A stretch of 64,000 nt of DNA from positions 86,180,001 to 86,244,000 of the forward strand of contig OX597820.1 of the NCBI GenBank assembly GCA_951406725.2, in the 5' to 3' direction. Below, in pieces: positions 27,115-40,859 of the stretch. Source of the stretch: Octopus vulgaris. Taxonomy: Eukaryota. The notes beneath the pieces were generated by a model. It was not told where the DNA came from and made no database searches. It saw only the letters and a program-made list of their open reading frames with translations. The translations under genes and the position numbers were made by a program. Every line of letters begins with the position of its first letter. The stretch's first letter is position 1.

Positions 27115-30100
27115 TAGGTGGCCAAACCACGACTCGCGAGTCATATGCGGCTCTTTGACCTTTAATATGCGGCTCGTGAATATATCTTGGCTGAGCTCCT
27201 TTTTTCATCACAGTTAATATAGAAGGAAAACATGAAAAATTTCAAGCTTTATAATTATTTACTGAGTAAAAATTGAGACATCACTGGATTAAGAAATAAG
27301 TTTAATGTTCATGGTTAGTAAATATATTTAAGAATTTAAATCCTAATTTTAATGCTAGGTCTGAATGAGACAATGCTCTTTAGTGCTGAGGCAAGGACTA
27401 GTGGGAGGCAGGGTGATTAAAGAAATTTCCAGTCAGCAAGGGTTACAGAGGTATGTCTGAAGTAAGGCGGCGAGCTGGCAGAACCGTTAGCACGCTGGGC
27501 GAAATGCGTAGCCGTATTTCGTCTGCCGTTGTGTTCTGAGTTCAAATTCCGCCGAGGTTAACTTTGCCTTTCATCCTTTCGGGGTCGATTAAATAAGTAC
27601 CAGTTACGCACTGGGGTCGATGTAATCGACTTAATACCTATGTCTGTCCTTGTTTGTCCACTCTATGTTTAGCCCCTTGTGGGTAATAGATAAATAGGTA
27701 TGTCTGAAGAACGAGGTCAAGGGTAAGGGGATTAAAGGTTTGGGTGCATCGGGGATATGAAAGTGAGCACAAGTGGCTTAATGAGTCTAGGCCCGACAGC
27801 ACTCGTCTTCTACATTAATGCAGTGTAAGACGTCGGGCTATGCAGACCTAGTTGGTACATTTCGAATACAAGTTTTGTTTAAAAGTCTCTGGGAAAATTC
27901 TGTGAAGGAAGATGGCCTCCTCAAATTGAGAGAAATGAAAATATGAAGATGAAATTGTAAGCCAGAGTGGGAGATTTTGCATTCACTGTTAAAGGAGGTA
28001 ATTTTTTACTTTATCTGCCATGTATCACTCAGTCATTACAAAGTAAGTCACTTGAAATGCCACTATGAAGTAAATCACAAAAAATTTGCGTATGATTATT
28101 CACCGAAATCAAAATTAAGGAAAATCAAGTTAACTATATTAAAATCAACAGTAAATAGCCAGCGGACACTTTTGACAATGTTCAGTAAAGAAAATAATAC
28201 AATGACTGAAGCCAGTTTTGTTATGTCATGGAATATTGCTCGTGCTAAACGACCATATTCTGATAGCAAATTTCTTAACGAAAATATGGATGAAATTGTT
28301 GCAGTGTTAGATCCAAATAACACAAGACTTCAGCGACTAATAGCACAAACACCAGTTTCACGCCACACTACAGAGAGGCATATCTCTTAGATTAGTACTG
28401 ATGTTGCAGGAAAAATGCAAAATGATTTGAAAAAATCTCTTGCATTCAGTTTAGATCTTGACAAATCAGCAGACGTACAAGACAACCCACAACTGGCAGT
28501 ATTATTCGTTATGTTTCTTCTGATGTAACTATGAAAGAAGAGATCTGTGAATTAGTGGCATTAAAAGAAACAACTCGTGGTATTAACATTAAAAATGCGC
28601 ATGACAGAACCTTAACAAATGCTGATGTTCCACTGAATAAACTCGTCAGTGTTGCAACAGATGGAGCAACTTCTATGGTGGGAAAAAATGTAGGATTAAT
28701 TGCACTCTTGAAAATTGATCCCAGATTTCCAGAGATTCTCCTTGTTCATTGCATTGTACATCGGGAACACCTGGCAGCCAGATACTTCAAGTATGTAGAT
28801 GTTATAAAATCTGTCCTTGAAATTGTTAATTTAATACGCTAATTGGGAAGACTCACTGACAATTTAGAAAATTTATTGAAGAACTGGAGCTTGAAGATAA
28901 ACCAAGTGATATCGCTTTCTATAGCATTGTGGGGTGGCTGCCAAACAACAATGTCTAATTAAATTTGCTAATATGCTGATGCCTCTTATTACTTTTCTTA
29001 AAGAAAATACATCTTATCCTCAACTGGAAAATGAGGGATGAACACAAGGTCTGATGTTCCTTACTGATACAATGAATCATCTACAAACTCTCAACTTGGC
29101 ATTCCGGGAGAAGAATAAGATTGTTTCTAATCTTACTCAGATGATTTTCAACTTTCAGACATATTGCCGAGAAACTTCAGTCACTTTCTCAATCTCACTA
29201 GGAGGGTAAATTCAATTTTCTGATATTGAAATAAAGACCACAAACTGGAAGAATGCAAGGATAAATTACAAGGACTGCTTGATAATTTCCTTGCCTGGTT
29301 TGAGGACTTGCAGAGGCTGAAGCCCTGTTTAGCCTTTCTTGTAAATCCTTGTATGGTTGATATGGTCATTGGTGGATTTTCATTTCTCAAACCTCTGATT
29401 ACGGTATCATCTCCTATGGTGATGGAACTAATGGAATTTCAAGAGGACATGGGTCTAAACATGAACGATAAATCCTAGTCAACAACTGAGCTCTGGAAAC
29501 GATTTCCAGAAATACATTATCCTAAACTGAAGAAAACTAGTGAGCGGCTCATCTCAATTTTCAGCACAATCCTTATAAACCAACACCTGACGGAACTAAT
29601 TCGAACAACCTTGGCGACATATCAGCTAGATTTTCAATTACTTACAGCCAAGATGGAGACCCATAACATTAATAGCCTCTTATTTGTAATATTGTCTGTT
29701 TCTCATAAAAATATTATAAGATTGCAATTTTGTAAGATGGTATGTGATTAAAATATCTCAAATTTTATTGGTTTGCTTTTATTTTATATATTTTCCTCCA
29801 TGTTTCGACCAGATAGTTACTATGACAAATAAATATCTTTAAAAAAATTTTTTTTTTCCTTTTCAGTGTTATTTTTGCCAGTCTAATTTTATGTTACAGA
29901 AATGCAAATTCGCACATTTTTCTGAGAAGTTCCTGTATTAAATGTGCTCAATATAGTTATAACAATCATAAGTCAAGATTTTGAAAACATTTGGTTTGTG
30001 TGTGTATTTTGTAGTTACTGAAACAAATAAAATTAACAGTTTAAAAAGCTGCATACATGAATAATTATTTTTGCATACATGCATTTCTTAATATTTATAT

Positions 30101-30135
30101 AGAATTTCGTACAAAATGTGTATCTAAGAAACACG
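27113..30135 (+). mobile_element. hAT (SPIN/Charlie/GTF2IRD2-like) DNA transposon with pseudogenised transposase (~27912-29675)
   Basis: End motif GGTGGCCAAAC..CGCGAGTCATATGCGGCTC; BED-like C..H..H; FSLDLDKSAD, SVATDGATSM, HCIVHREHLAA; right end not identified. Confidence 0.85.
27463..27695 (+). mobile_element. SINE family B nested in the hAT, 14-bp TSD
   Basis: AGGTATGTCTGAAG at 27449-27462 and 27696-27709. Confidence 0.92.
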
Positions 30136-30137
30136 TA

Positions 30138-31045
30138 AAGGGGTTGGACAAAATAATGGAAACACTTAATAATTTCAAAAAATTTATTCTGATATGTGGT
30201 AGGACTGCCTTTGGCAGTAATTACAGCTTGGTTTCTACTGGGTATGGACTCATACAAAGTTTGAATTGTTTCCAAAGGAATTTTCGTCCATTCTTCAGCT
30301 AAAACAGATTCCAGTTCTTGTAGTGGCGATGGTGGGAGGTTCGACTCATTACTTGTTTTTCAAAAATGCACCACAAACTTTCAATAATATTGAGATCTGG
30401 AGACTATGGTGGCCAGATAAGATGTTCAACTTCGCTAGAATGTTTCTCGTTCAAAGCCGAAACAAGGTTAGCTGTGTGAATTGGTGCATTATCATCTTGA
30501 AAGATTGCGTTTCCCTCCGGAAACAGTTCCAAAACCATAGGATGAATGTGATCAGACAAAAAAATTTAAATAGTCTTGACTATTAATTCTGCTATGAAGG
30601 GAGACCATTGGGCTGGCGGATTTCCAAGATATAGGCCCCACCCAAATCATCACAGATCCTCCACCTAGTCTAAGAGTTGCAAGAAGGCAGTCGAGATCAA
30701 ATGCTTCTTTTGGCTGTCTCTACACGTATACTAGGCCAGTGGCCGGAAATAAGGAAAAAGATGACTCGTCCAAGAAGATAACATTCTTCTACTGCTCTAG
30801 GAACAAATTTTATAGGCTTTTACTCCACTCTAAACGCTTTGCAACGTTTGTTTTTGATAGAGGTTTTCTGATTGCAGCCCTCCCATGTGTGGAAACTGGG
30901 TTCTCGAGGTGGTCATTAAGCTCTGCAGTAATTCTGGGAGCTGTTCATTCGTGATCCCTTCTAACAATTCACGTAAGAATTTGGCTAACGTCATGGCTAA
31001 CGTCTCTTGAACATCTGAAATTTATCGAATGTGGTTCTTACATTA
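30138..31045 (-). mobile_element. Tc1 (DD34E-type) transposon fragment with one TIR
   Basis: TA|AAGGGGTTGGACAAAATAATGGAAACAC TIR; FQDDNAPIH, WPP*SPDLNIIESLW, SIPSRNQAVITAKGSPTTY. Confidence 0.88.
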
Positions 31046-31110
31046 AGCAGGCTTAATGAATAGATGTATGTATAGGTAGATGTACATATATATGTATACA
31101 TATAAATATA

Positions 31111-31173
<63 letters not shown>

Positions 31174-31285
31174 AAAAATATGTATGTCTAAACATTTATA
31201 TATACACATATACTTATATATATATATAAATATATATATGTGTGTACATATATATATACATGTACATATATGTTCATATATATAA

Positions 31286-31316
<31 letters not shown>

Positions 31317-31484
31317 TATTCACGCACATGCAGACGCACACATGAACTCGCACCCACTTACACTTACACACACACGTGCGCGCGCACACACACACACGCA
31401 CACACACATATTTATTTATATAGCTGAGCACATAAGTGCAAAAGAAGGTGGTGAAAGCCGTACTTGAATACCAAACGTAGAGTA

Positions 31485-31627
31485 ATATACTTTTTTATTT
31501 AAACTGCAAAATTATTACGGAACAGTTACTCAGTTTCATGTTCGTCGGACAGTTGTCCGACAAACAGGGACGTGAAACCCTGAGTAACTGTTCTGGAATA
31601 ATTTTGCAACTTGAATAGAAAAGTATA
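31485..31627. repeat. Imperfect fold-back centred on TCGGACA-GT-TGTCCGA
   Basis: GCAAAATTATT..GAACAGTTACTCAG pairs with CTGAGTAACTGTTC..AATAATTTTGC. Confidence 0.8.
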
Positions 31628-31653
31628 TATACGTATATATGTATACAAATTCA

Positions 31654-31723
<70 letters not shown>

Positions 31724-33050
31724 AATATATATATATACATGCACATATGTATGTATGTATGTATGTATGTAGGTATGTTTGTATTGCTTAACATTTTATA
31801 TTGCCACTGGCCCAATAACTTATAGACGTATTCTTCAATTACTACTGTACCAGTCAACCGACTTCCAATTTCAAAATAAGTAGGTAAACTAGAGCAACTA
31901 GAAACTCGGTAAACCGCCATAAATCTGTGCACCATGCGATTAAAAACATAAAAGTGATTACAGTACAGACATAACTGAGATCAATATCGAATGAGCTATG
32001 GCAGGCCAAATAACTGAACATAAATCCTGCAGGGGAGGTTCACACAAATGTTAATTCCTAGGGTTTGATCTCCTTTGTTTTCCATTGATCACAGATACTT
32101 TCTTATGATTCTTCTAGCGTTTATGTTTGTTTTTTTTCTTTTTGTTTTTTTTTTTTGCTCACACATCCGGACTTAAATTATCTTTAGCAATAAATTCCAC
32201 ACAGCCTCACATATACACAGAAAATCACAAAAACATTCATACACGGACACACATACACACACACACAGACACTCACACACACATATGTTTATACGTATTT
32301 GTGAGTGTGTGGATGAGATTATACATACACATATAAAGACATATACACGTTTGATTACAAATAATAGATTGCGAAGGAATATAGTTCTTTGATGTTCCTA
32401 GGCAACAACAAAGTACCCTTAACCTCGTAATCAAATGATTTGAACTATTGCCATTCACTTTATTGTTTTAGTAATATTTCTCCTTTTCGTCTTCTTCTTA
32501 TTATTATTATTCTGCTTCTTCCTTTTTGTTTTTTCTTCGCAACTTATTCACCCTCAAACCAAACGTTAATGTTTGACAAAAATTTCCTTTACAAAATAAC
32601 GTTTAACGTTGTGTTTTCCCAGCACAATTGCCTGTTGTTATGTAGTTGTGGTCCTGATTGTGGCTGCTGGTATTAGTACGCGTGGTTTTTGGTTTCATTC
32701 TTTTTTTGAACAGGCGCCAGGAGGATTACAGTCGATTGCTGGACAATTGTTTTATGTATATTTCGATCAATGTGCAGTATTTTATGTGAGACGGCGATAC
32801 ACTCGTCTATAAAACTATTTTACTCTCAGCCGATATATTTCGAGTCCGCATCCTGTCACGTGAATTTCAGTAGCATGCGCATGAATAAAATACAGCAAAA
32901 TATCCTTATAAGTATGTGAGCGTATGTGCATGCGTGTATATGTGTGTGACTGTGTATGTATGCACATACAAATATGTGTTTATTCAAATATATATATATA
33001 TATATAAGTAAATATATAGTGTGTATATACAGACATGTATATATAGCTTC

Positions 33051-33083
<33 letters not shown>

Positions 33084-33125
33084 TAAATATATAGTGCGTA
33101 TATACAGACATGTATATATAGCTTC

Positions 33126-33198
<73 letters not shown>

Positions 33199-33337
33199 TG
33201 TGTATGTATAGATATGTATATATAATCTATATATACACAAATATACTGATACTTGTATACACATGTGCTTATTCCTAAATATATGTGAGTGTGCATATAT
33301 ATGTGTATGTGTGTGCGTAGGTATGTATACATATATA

Positions 33338-33372
<35 letters not shown>

Positions 33373-33844
33373 GAATTACGATTTGAAGAACCGCCAGAAA
33401 CTCGTGAAACTGCAACAATTATATATATCATGTGATTAAAATGACTGATGTGATTACAGTGTAGACACAATGCAGTTCAATATTAACTGTCCAAATACAG
33501 GCGAAATAATATATATCCAACATACTAATGTTATTAACTGGGGTCTGATTACATGGATCTCCGATTGTACACATGAGTAATAAACTGATAAAGATAATTT
33601 GTTAACGGACAGCAGTTTTAAATCCTAGGTTGAAATGTATTAATTAGAAAAGACAAAGCAAAACGTCAGTATCATCTTCTTGTGCAGATGCTGAGACTCA
33701 TTTGGTCGAGAAGTGTACATAGACATAAGGAGGCTTTCAAAACTAAATTATCAGGATATTCTATAGGATTTCTCATGAAACAAACTCGGAGGGTGTGCTC
33801 AGTAAAATACTTTTGTTTAAAGCGCCTGAACGACCAAACTGTCT

Positions 33845-33907
<63 letters not shown>

Positions 33908-34073
33908 ATTAATAATATAAGGGTAAATAATTATTTATTTAAAAAATTAATAATTATTACCAAGTAGTTTCGGTATGGAAATAGAACCATTATCGGTAGG
34001 AACTTTTACAAAAATTACTATATATATATATAGGTGAGAAAGTTGGTGTGTGAAAGCACGTGGTTGGGTATAT

Positions 34074-34470
34074 AGAAAATAGTAAAAAGTGAAAAAAACT
34101 ACAGAAGGCTTGTTTTATAAGGTTAAAGAATATATTTGAGTCATTATGTTGGAAGAATGTTATAAAATTTTTTCATACAGTAACATAGTTTTTTAAGAAA
34201 TTACCGGTTTCGCGTTAACTTTTCAAATTTCTCAAGTGTCTTTACCTACATCTTGTTATGTCTTCGTTATGAAATACTGCACTTCATAACGAAGACATAA
34301 CACGATGTAGGTAAAGACACTTGAGAAATTTGAAAAGTTAACGCGAAACCGGTAATTTCTTCAAAGACTATGAAAAAATTTTATAACATTCTTCCAACAT
34401 AATGACTCAAATATATTCTTTAACCTTATAAAACAAGCCTTCCGTAGTTTTTCACTTTTTGCTATATTCT
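34074..34470. repeat. ~195-bp-arm fold-back, 9-nt loop, hammerhead motif in each arm
   Basis: Arms 34074-34273 and 34283-34470; motif at 34324-34360. Confidence 0.9.
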
Positions 34471-34488
34471 CTCTCTCTCTCTCTCTCT

Positions 34489-34527
<39 letters not shown>

Positions 34528-34534
<7 letters not shown>

Positions 34535-34718
34535 TAAGCAACAAGTTGCTTAGCCACATACCGAAAATTTAGAAATAGCAGTCAACAACCGCTTATTCCT
34601 ATTTACTACAAATATAGCTCCACATATAACATTTTTGTAGTAAATAGGAATAAGCGGTCTTTGACTGCTATTTCTAAATTTTCGGTATGTGGCTAAGCAA
34701 CTTGTTGCTTAACCCTAT
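34528..34718. repeat. 85-bp-arm fold-back within (TA)n
   Basis: Arms 34528-34612 and 34634-34718. Confidence 0.9.
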
Positions 34719-34736
34719 TTATATATATATATATAT

Positions 34737-35040
34737 CACCGTGATCGACCAGGTTATCAGATGTTGCTACACATGGCTGGTCACAATGCGATTCGCGTTG
34801 TTTTATCCTTCAAATGACACCAGCCCGCTGGCTAAGGGAGGAGGCCAACAGAAGAAAGAGTGAGAGAAAGTTGTGGCGAAAGAGTACACAGAGAGGACAA
34901 ACATGGACAGACAAGCGGATTAAGTCGAAGAGTACAGCAGAGATCACTACCACCCGCTGCCGGAGGCTCGGCCTGGAAATCGAAACCGCGATCCTACGAC
35001 CGCGAGTCCGCTGCCCTAACCACTGGGCCATTGCGCCTAC
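34737..35040 (-). mobile_element. tRNA-derived SINE family D (head GGCGCAATGGCCCAGTGGTTAGGGC), internally rearranged with a family B fragment at ~34890-34927
   Basis: A box TGGCCCAGTGG, B box GGTTTCGATT. Confidence 0.7.
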
Positions 35041-35069
35041 ACACACACACATACACACATAAGTAACTA

Positions 35070-35072
35070 GAC

Positions 35073-35165
<93 letters not shown>

Positions 35166-35166
35166 T

Positions 35167-35254
<88 letters not shown>

Positions 35255-35255
35255 G
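35070..35255. repeat. (GATA)n microsatellite
   Basis: Seen directly. Confidence 0.95.
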
Positions 35256-36416
35256 TTGATTGACTGATTGATTCATTCATTCATCGTGGCTGAAGTCAAA
35301 ATGTGCTAGACGTAGAGATTTGTTATCCCTCACTGACCGGAGAAAACCAGTAGACATATAGCCATAACAGCTGAGAGCACAGTAAATTGAATGTAAAAGA
35401 TGGCAGACCGGGTCCTTGAGTATGCGAAAACTAATTCAGTCCTCCCTGTCTTGACACCAACATAGCATAGAATTCTACGCGGCGCTCTAATTAATCAGAT
35501 AGTTCAGTCGTTCAGGTGCTTTCAACAGTAGCGATAAGGAGAGAAGATAAATAGTCTATAACTGATTGGCGGTATAAGTCACTCGTCCGCATAAACCACC
35601 GGTTGTCAAATAATGATATAGGAACTTTTGCTTCAGTGAGCCACGAGTTTTTGTAGTGATTTTTGTTCCGGTAACTCCAATGAAGGGTAGCTCCTATTAA
35701 TTTTTATTTAGGCTGAAGGAAAAATGTTAAATGTAGCCTATAAGCTAAATTCACCCAAGGTTAACTCAAAAATGGCGATGGTTTACGTCTTTGATAAACG
35801 AATCTTTAAAAATCAGTCGAAGAGCTTACTTTTAAGTTTTATGTGCACTATGCCATATAGAAACAGAAACAGTCAGTCAGGCATGTGATTATTATTTCAG
35901 CTTATGGCTGAAGTATATGGAGGATGCTGTTTATAGAAGCCATGTTTAAAGAAGAGGCCACGTTTAAAGAAGCCATGTTCAAAGAAGAGGCCGTGTTTAA
36001 AGAAGAATCTATGTTTATAGCCTCTAGATTTAACAGTGATTTTATTGAAGAATAAGCAAACTATTTTAGCGATATTTCGTTTGTGTTGCATGTTATACAA
36101 TACTAGCAGAGTTGTATTTTAAGACTGGAATTTAGCTATATGGAGTACACGTAGCGATTATGTTTAATGAGACCAAGGCGGATATGTCCCACTGGACGAT
36201 ATTTACGGTATTTTAAGATAAATATATTGATAAAAGTATCTAGGAAGCTATGTTTCATTTGGCGGATCTCTCATTTTTCCCTGTCGTTCTCATTATATAC
36301 AGCAGATAATACTCTGAATGAGGGCTCCTCTTTAATGTAAAAATATACATACAATCAAGCGTATACATTTATCTATGTATGTTTGTATATGTGTGTTAAT
36401 CTACCTATCTATTATG

Positions 36417-36450
<34 letters not shown>

Positions 36451-36466
36451 CGTGCGTGCGTATATA

Positions 36467-36551
<85 letters not shown>

Positions 36552-36559
36552 TGATATTA

Positions 36560-36760
36560 TTCTATCACTTTTTTCAGTTATTTGACTGTGGCCATGCTGG
36601 AGCACTAACTTGAATGAGCAAATCAACCTGTGACTTATTCTATAGGCCTAGTACTTATACTATCGGTCTTTTTGCCTAACCGCTAATTTTACGGGACCCA
36701 AATACACCAACAGCGGTTGTCAAATGATGGGTGGGGGACAAGTACAAACACAAAGACAGA
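36560..36760 (-). mobile_element. SINE family A, 3' half
   Basis: TTTGACTGTGGCCATGCTGGAGCAC..GGGGGACAAG. Confidence 0.75.
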
Positions 36761-36775
36761 CATTCAAGAATATAT

Positions 36776-37617
36776 ACATGAAGCGGCGTACCCAAGAATA
36801 ACCGGAAACGTCTTCTGTGGGACAAACCCATTATAGTTCAGGATTCCGCTGCTATAATTCACTTGATGCGACCCTAGGGCATCAGTCTGCCGACCGGCAT
36901 CATCGGGTGGGCTCGTCCTGCAATTTGATGCGTCTTTAATCTGTAGGGCTTCTCCTCTGCTCGTCGACTTTTGCGATGGCTGAAACGTTAGAACAACGTG
37001 CTTCCAAGAACTTCTGTTTTCTGCTGGGGAAAACGGTGGCCGAAACAGTTGTCTTGTCTCTAACAGCTTACAAGGACGCTGTCATGAGCAAAACACATGT
37101 TTACGGGTGGTTTCCACGCTTTAGGAATAGTCATTTTTCGCTTGAAGATCAACTTCGTAAATTCATGAACTGGACTTGGAGGACCATCACCGAACAATTG
37201 ACGAACTTGTTGATGTGACTGGTGTGCCCGGAAGAACCTGCCAAAGAATTTTGGACGAAGAATTGCGAATGAAAAGAGTTACAGCAAAAATTTGAGCAAT
37301 GCTTGCTCACGGAAGATCAAAAGCAGTCACGACTGAATGCGTGCCGTGAACTGAAAGAACAGTTGAAAGTTAATCCAGACCATTTTTCGAATGTCATCAC
37401 TGGTAACGAATGCTGGTGCTACGGAATTAGCAGATGTGGAAGAGGTATTAAAAAGCATCACTTCGCAAGAGTTCCAGTAGTGCTTCGAGTTGTAGAAAAT
37501 GCGCCTGAATCGTTGCTTCAAATGGAGAATACTTTGAAGGCGAGAAAATTGTAAACATGTAAAACTAATTGAATAAAAAAAACTGCTAACTACGAGTTTC
37601 TATTGGGAATACCCTTG

Positions 37618-37619
<2 letters not shown>
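36776..37619 (+). mobile_element. Internally deleted mariner element
   Basis: EQRASKNFCFLLGKTVAET..AYKDAVMS..VYGWFPRFR (HTH); LTEDQKQSRL..VITGNECW; degenerate TIRs ending in TA. Confidence 0.8.
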
Positions 37620-37689
<70 letters not shown>

Positions 37690-37740
37690 TTAAAATTACT
37701 AAGTCTCTCTAAAAGAGAACAGCGGCAGCGTTCCCGGAAA

Positions 37741-38143
37741 ATAATAGTTATCGCCATACTAATATGACATTCTTATAAAAATAAGAATAAAGCTGTCCGC
37801 TTATTAGCTCCATGAGGCCATCGCCTTAAGTTAGCTATTTGATACACAAACTGTATCCATATAACCTTCGAACAAGGGAGGTCAGTCGCTCCACACTACT
37901 TAACCGGCAGCTACAGACGCGTTTCGGGGTACGCTGCATTGAAAAGGGGCAATACCCCGAAACGCGTCTGTAGCTGCCGGTCAAGTAGTGTGGAGCGACT
38001 GACCTCCCTTGTTCGAAGGTTATATGGATACAGTTTGTGTATCAAATAGCTAACTTAAGGCGATGGCCTCATGGAGCTAATAAGCGGACAGCTTTATTCT
38101 TATTTTTATAAGAATGTCATATTAGTATGGCGATAACTATTAT
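37741..38143. repeat. Near-perfect 191-bp-arm palindrome, 21-nt loop
   Basis: Arms 37741-37931 and 37953-38143; one mismatch seen by eye. Confidence 0.95.
37933..37974 (+). ncRNA. Minimal type I hammerhead, U3-A8 core variant
   Basis: GCTGCA-TTGAAAA-GGGG-caata-CCCC-GAA-ACGCGT-C^TGTAGC. Confidence 0.75.
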
Positions 38144-38265
38144 TATTATATATATATATATATATATATACATAGATATACATACAAACATACATATATA
38201 TACACACACATACATATGTATATACATATATATGTGTGTCTATATATATATATATATATACACAC

Positions 38266-38312
<47 letters not shown>

Positions 38313-38326
38313 TATGTGTGTATATA

Positions 38327-38376
<50 letters not shown>

Positions 38377-38929
38377 TTTATATATATATATACATATGTA
38401 TGTGTGTGTATATATATATGTATGTTTGTATGTATATCTATGTATATATATATATACATATATATATATGTATATGTGTATATATATATACATATATATA
38501 TATGTATATGTGTATATATATATACATATAAAATGTACGAGGAAGTTTCCTCAGGGTGACTCAGACTAATAGGTACGTACTCTGACTGCTCAATATGCTA
38601 TGCCTCTAAATTTCCAGCATAAACAGCAGTTGAATGTGTGATTTTGCGACTGCGTTTCTAAAACATCTACAAATGGCTTCCCTTTGAGCAGGTGTGTATA
38701 GATTAAAAACAGATACGAAGGGATAAACTGTTTACTGGGACTTGTCAAGGACATGTAATTTAACTATATAGTAACATAATGCAATAAATACGCCCATTTA
38801 TACACATTTGTAATATATACACACCTTTTTATTAGATTATATCGTTATATAGCTCAATTAAATGGCGCTGTCCAAGTCTCACCAAACTGTTTGCTTCCTC
38901 AATTTTTTTGCTCTGTATATATATACACA

Positions 38930-39025
<96 letters not shown>

Positions 39026-39142
39026 AAATCCCAGTCTCGAAATCAGACTGCACCTAATCCTGCTTGCCGGAAACATCGAACCCAGCACTCCTCTACCCGA
39101 TCATGTATTTACCGTAGATGTTTTCTACAAGTCACATAAACA

Positions 39143-39325
39143 TTAGCTTCAAATTTTGGCACAATGCCAGAAATTTTAGAGGAAGGGGTAAGTCGATTAC
39201 ATCGACCCCAGTACTCAACTGATAATTATTTTATCGACACCTGGATGGAATTTGAACTCAGATTAAAAAAACCAACGAAAAGTCTTTTACCCGGCGTGCT
39301 AACTATTCTTTCACATCGCTACCTT
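39143..39325 (-). mobile_element. SINE family B-related, diverged
   Basis: AAGTCGATTACATCGACCCCAGT..GGAATTTGAACTCAGA. Confidence 0.7.
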
Positions 39326-39544
39326 TAGTTTACATGAATATTAATAACGATATGGGGCGCTCACGTTTCTTTCACACACAGCAAGTAAAAATCTGTGCTG
39401 CATACATATGCACGTTCCACACACACACACACACATACACATGCACATACACATACATACATACATACATACATACATACATACATACATACATACATAC
39501 ATACATACATACATACATACATACGTACATAACTTGACTCCGTC

Positions 39545-39865
39545 GATCAGGAATAACTATGGGTGCTCCTAAGATGTTCCCCTCCGTTGTCCAAGTCTGA
39601 GCGGAAAGGCTCCTCAGCAGCGAACGCAAGACCTAGGTTTGTTTTTATGGAAGACCAGCAGTCGCATATGAATACCATCCTCTCCTCCCCATGCCGATAC
39701 AGCGTGATACTAGTGATGTTGCCACTCATTTCTACAGCTGAGTGAACAGTAGCAACGTGCAATGAAGTGTCTTGCTCAAGAACAGAAAACGCAGCCCGGT
39801 GCGTGGATCGAACTTACAACCTCACAGTCGTTAGCTCGACGCTCTAACCGAGACATGCGCTTTCA
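39545..39865 (-). mobile_element. SINE family D-related
   Basis: CTCATTTCTACAGCTGAGTGAAC..AAGTGTCTTGCTCAAGAACA, shared with 49480. Confidence 0.7.
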
Positions 39866-40034
39866 CATATACATACACAGATGCATGTATACATATATAC
39901 ATACATACACACATACATACATATCCTCATAGTGCTGGTAGTACAGGGACCGGACAAGCATCTATATCGTGCCGTGAACCATATTCAAAACATTCAAGCT
40001 CAAAACTAAACAAAAAAATACTGCTCTATGTTTA

Positions 40035-40341
40035 AGAGATGAGGAATTATGTACATTATTTACATTATTTACATTCGACGGATATTTGTCCTCATCTTTT
40101 TTGTTGTTAACACAACGTTTCGTCTGATATACTCTCCAGCATTTATCAGATGTCTTGGGGAAATTTCGAACCTGGGTTCTCATTCCTAAGATATTTTTCG
40201 ATGTTGTTGTTATTATAGTTGTTAGTATTATTATTATTATTATTATTATCATTATTATTATTATTCAGGTCACTGCCTGAAAACGAACTCGGAAACTTGG
40301 GGTTAGTAGCCCGCGCTCTTAACCACTACGCCATATGCCCG
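40035..40341 (-). mobile_element. Family E: tRNA-headed SINE with (TAA)n spacer and hammerhead (mutated core)
   Basis: Matches 62438-62717; core reads CTGATAA at about 40143-40149. Confidence 0.85.
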
Positions 40342-40646
40342 TCGCATACTGCTTCCTGAGATAAGCGAGAATAAACAAGGAACTGAGAGAGAAAAAAATA
40401 AAAGAATGCGTGTAACAAAGAAAACAAGCAAGGAGGATAGAGAGATAAGAGTTATGTTTTAATGGTCCGTTAGACTGAGATTTACCACTGATTGATGCAG
40501 GTAATTCGACGGGAACAGGTTTAATATATTCGAGCGTTTGTTCTTATGTTTGTTAATAGTAATTGTGACCGTGTGTGTGTGTGTTTGTGTGTGTGTATGT
40601 GTGTGTGTGTGTGTATATGTGGTGTGTGTGTGTATGTATCTGTCTA

Positions 40647-40680
<34 letters not shown>

Positions 40681-40798
40681 CAGATTTTTCTGATTTTTCA
40701 GGTTTTTGTATGCTAGGCTACTGGTTATGAATTGATATTAATTAAATTAATATTCAATTTGTCTCCCTCATTATTTAAATACACACACACACACACAA

Positions 40799-40859
<61 letters not shown>

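Noticed and set aside
27977-28842. Possible host GTF2IRD2/EPM2AIP1-like gene
   Set aside because: Multiple stops and frameshifts plus a transposon end motif: a hAT fossil
35927-36025. CRISPR-like array
   Set aside because: No unique spacers; eukaryotic context
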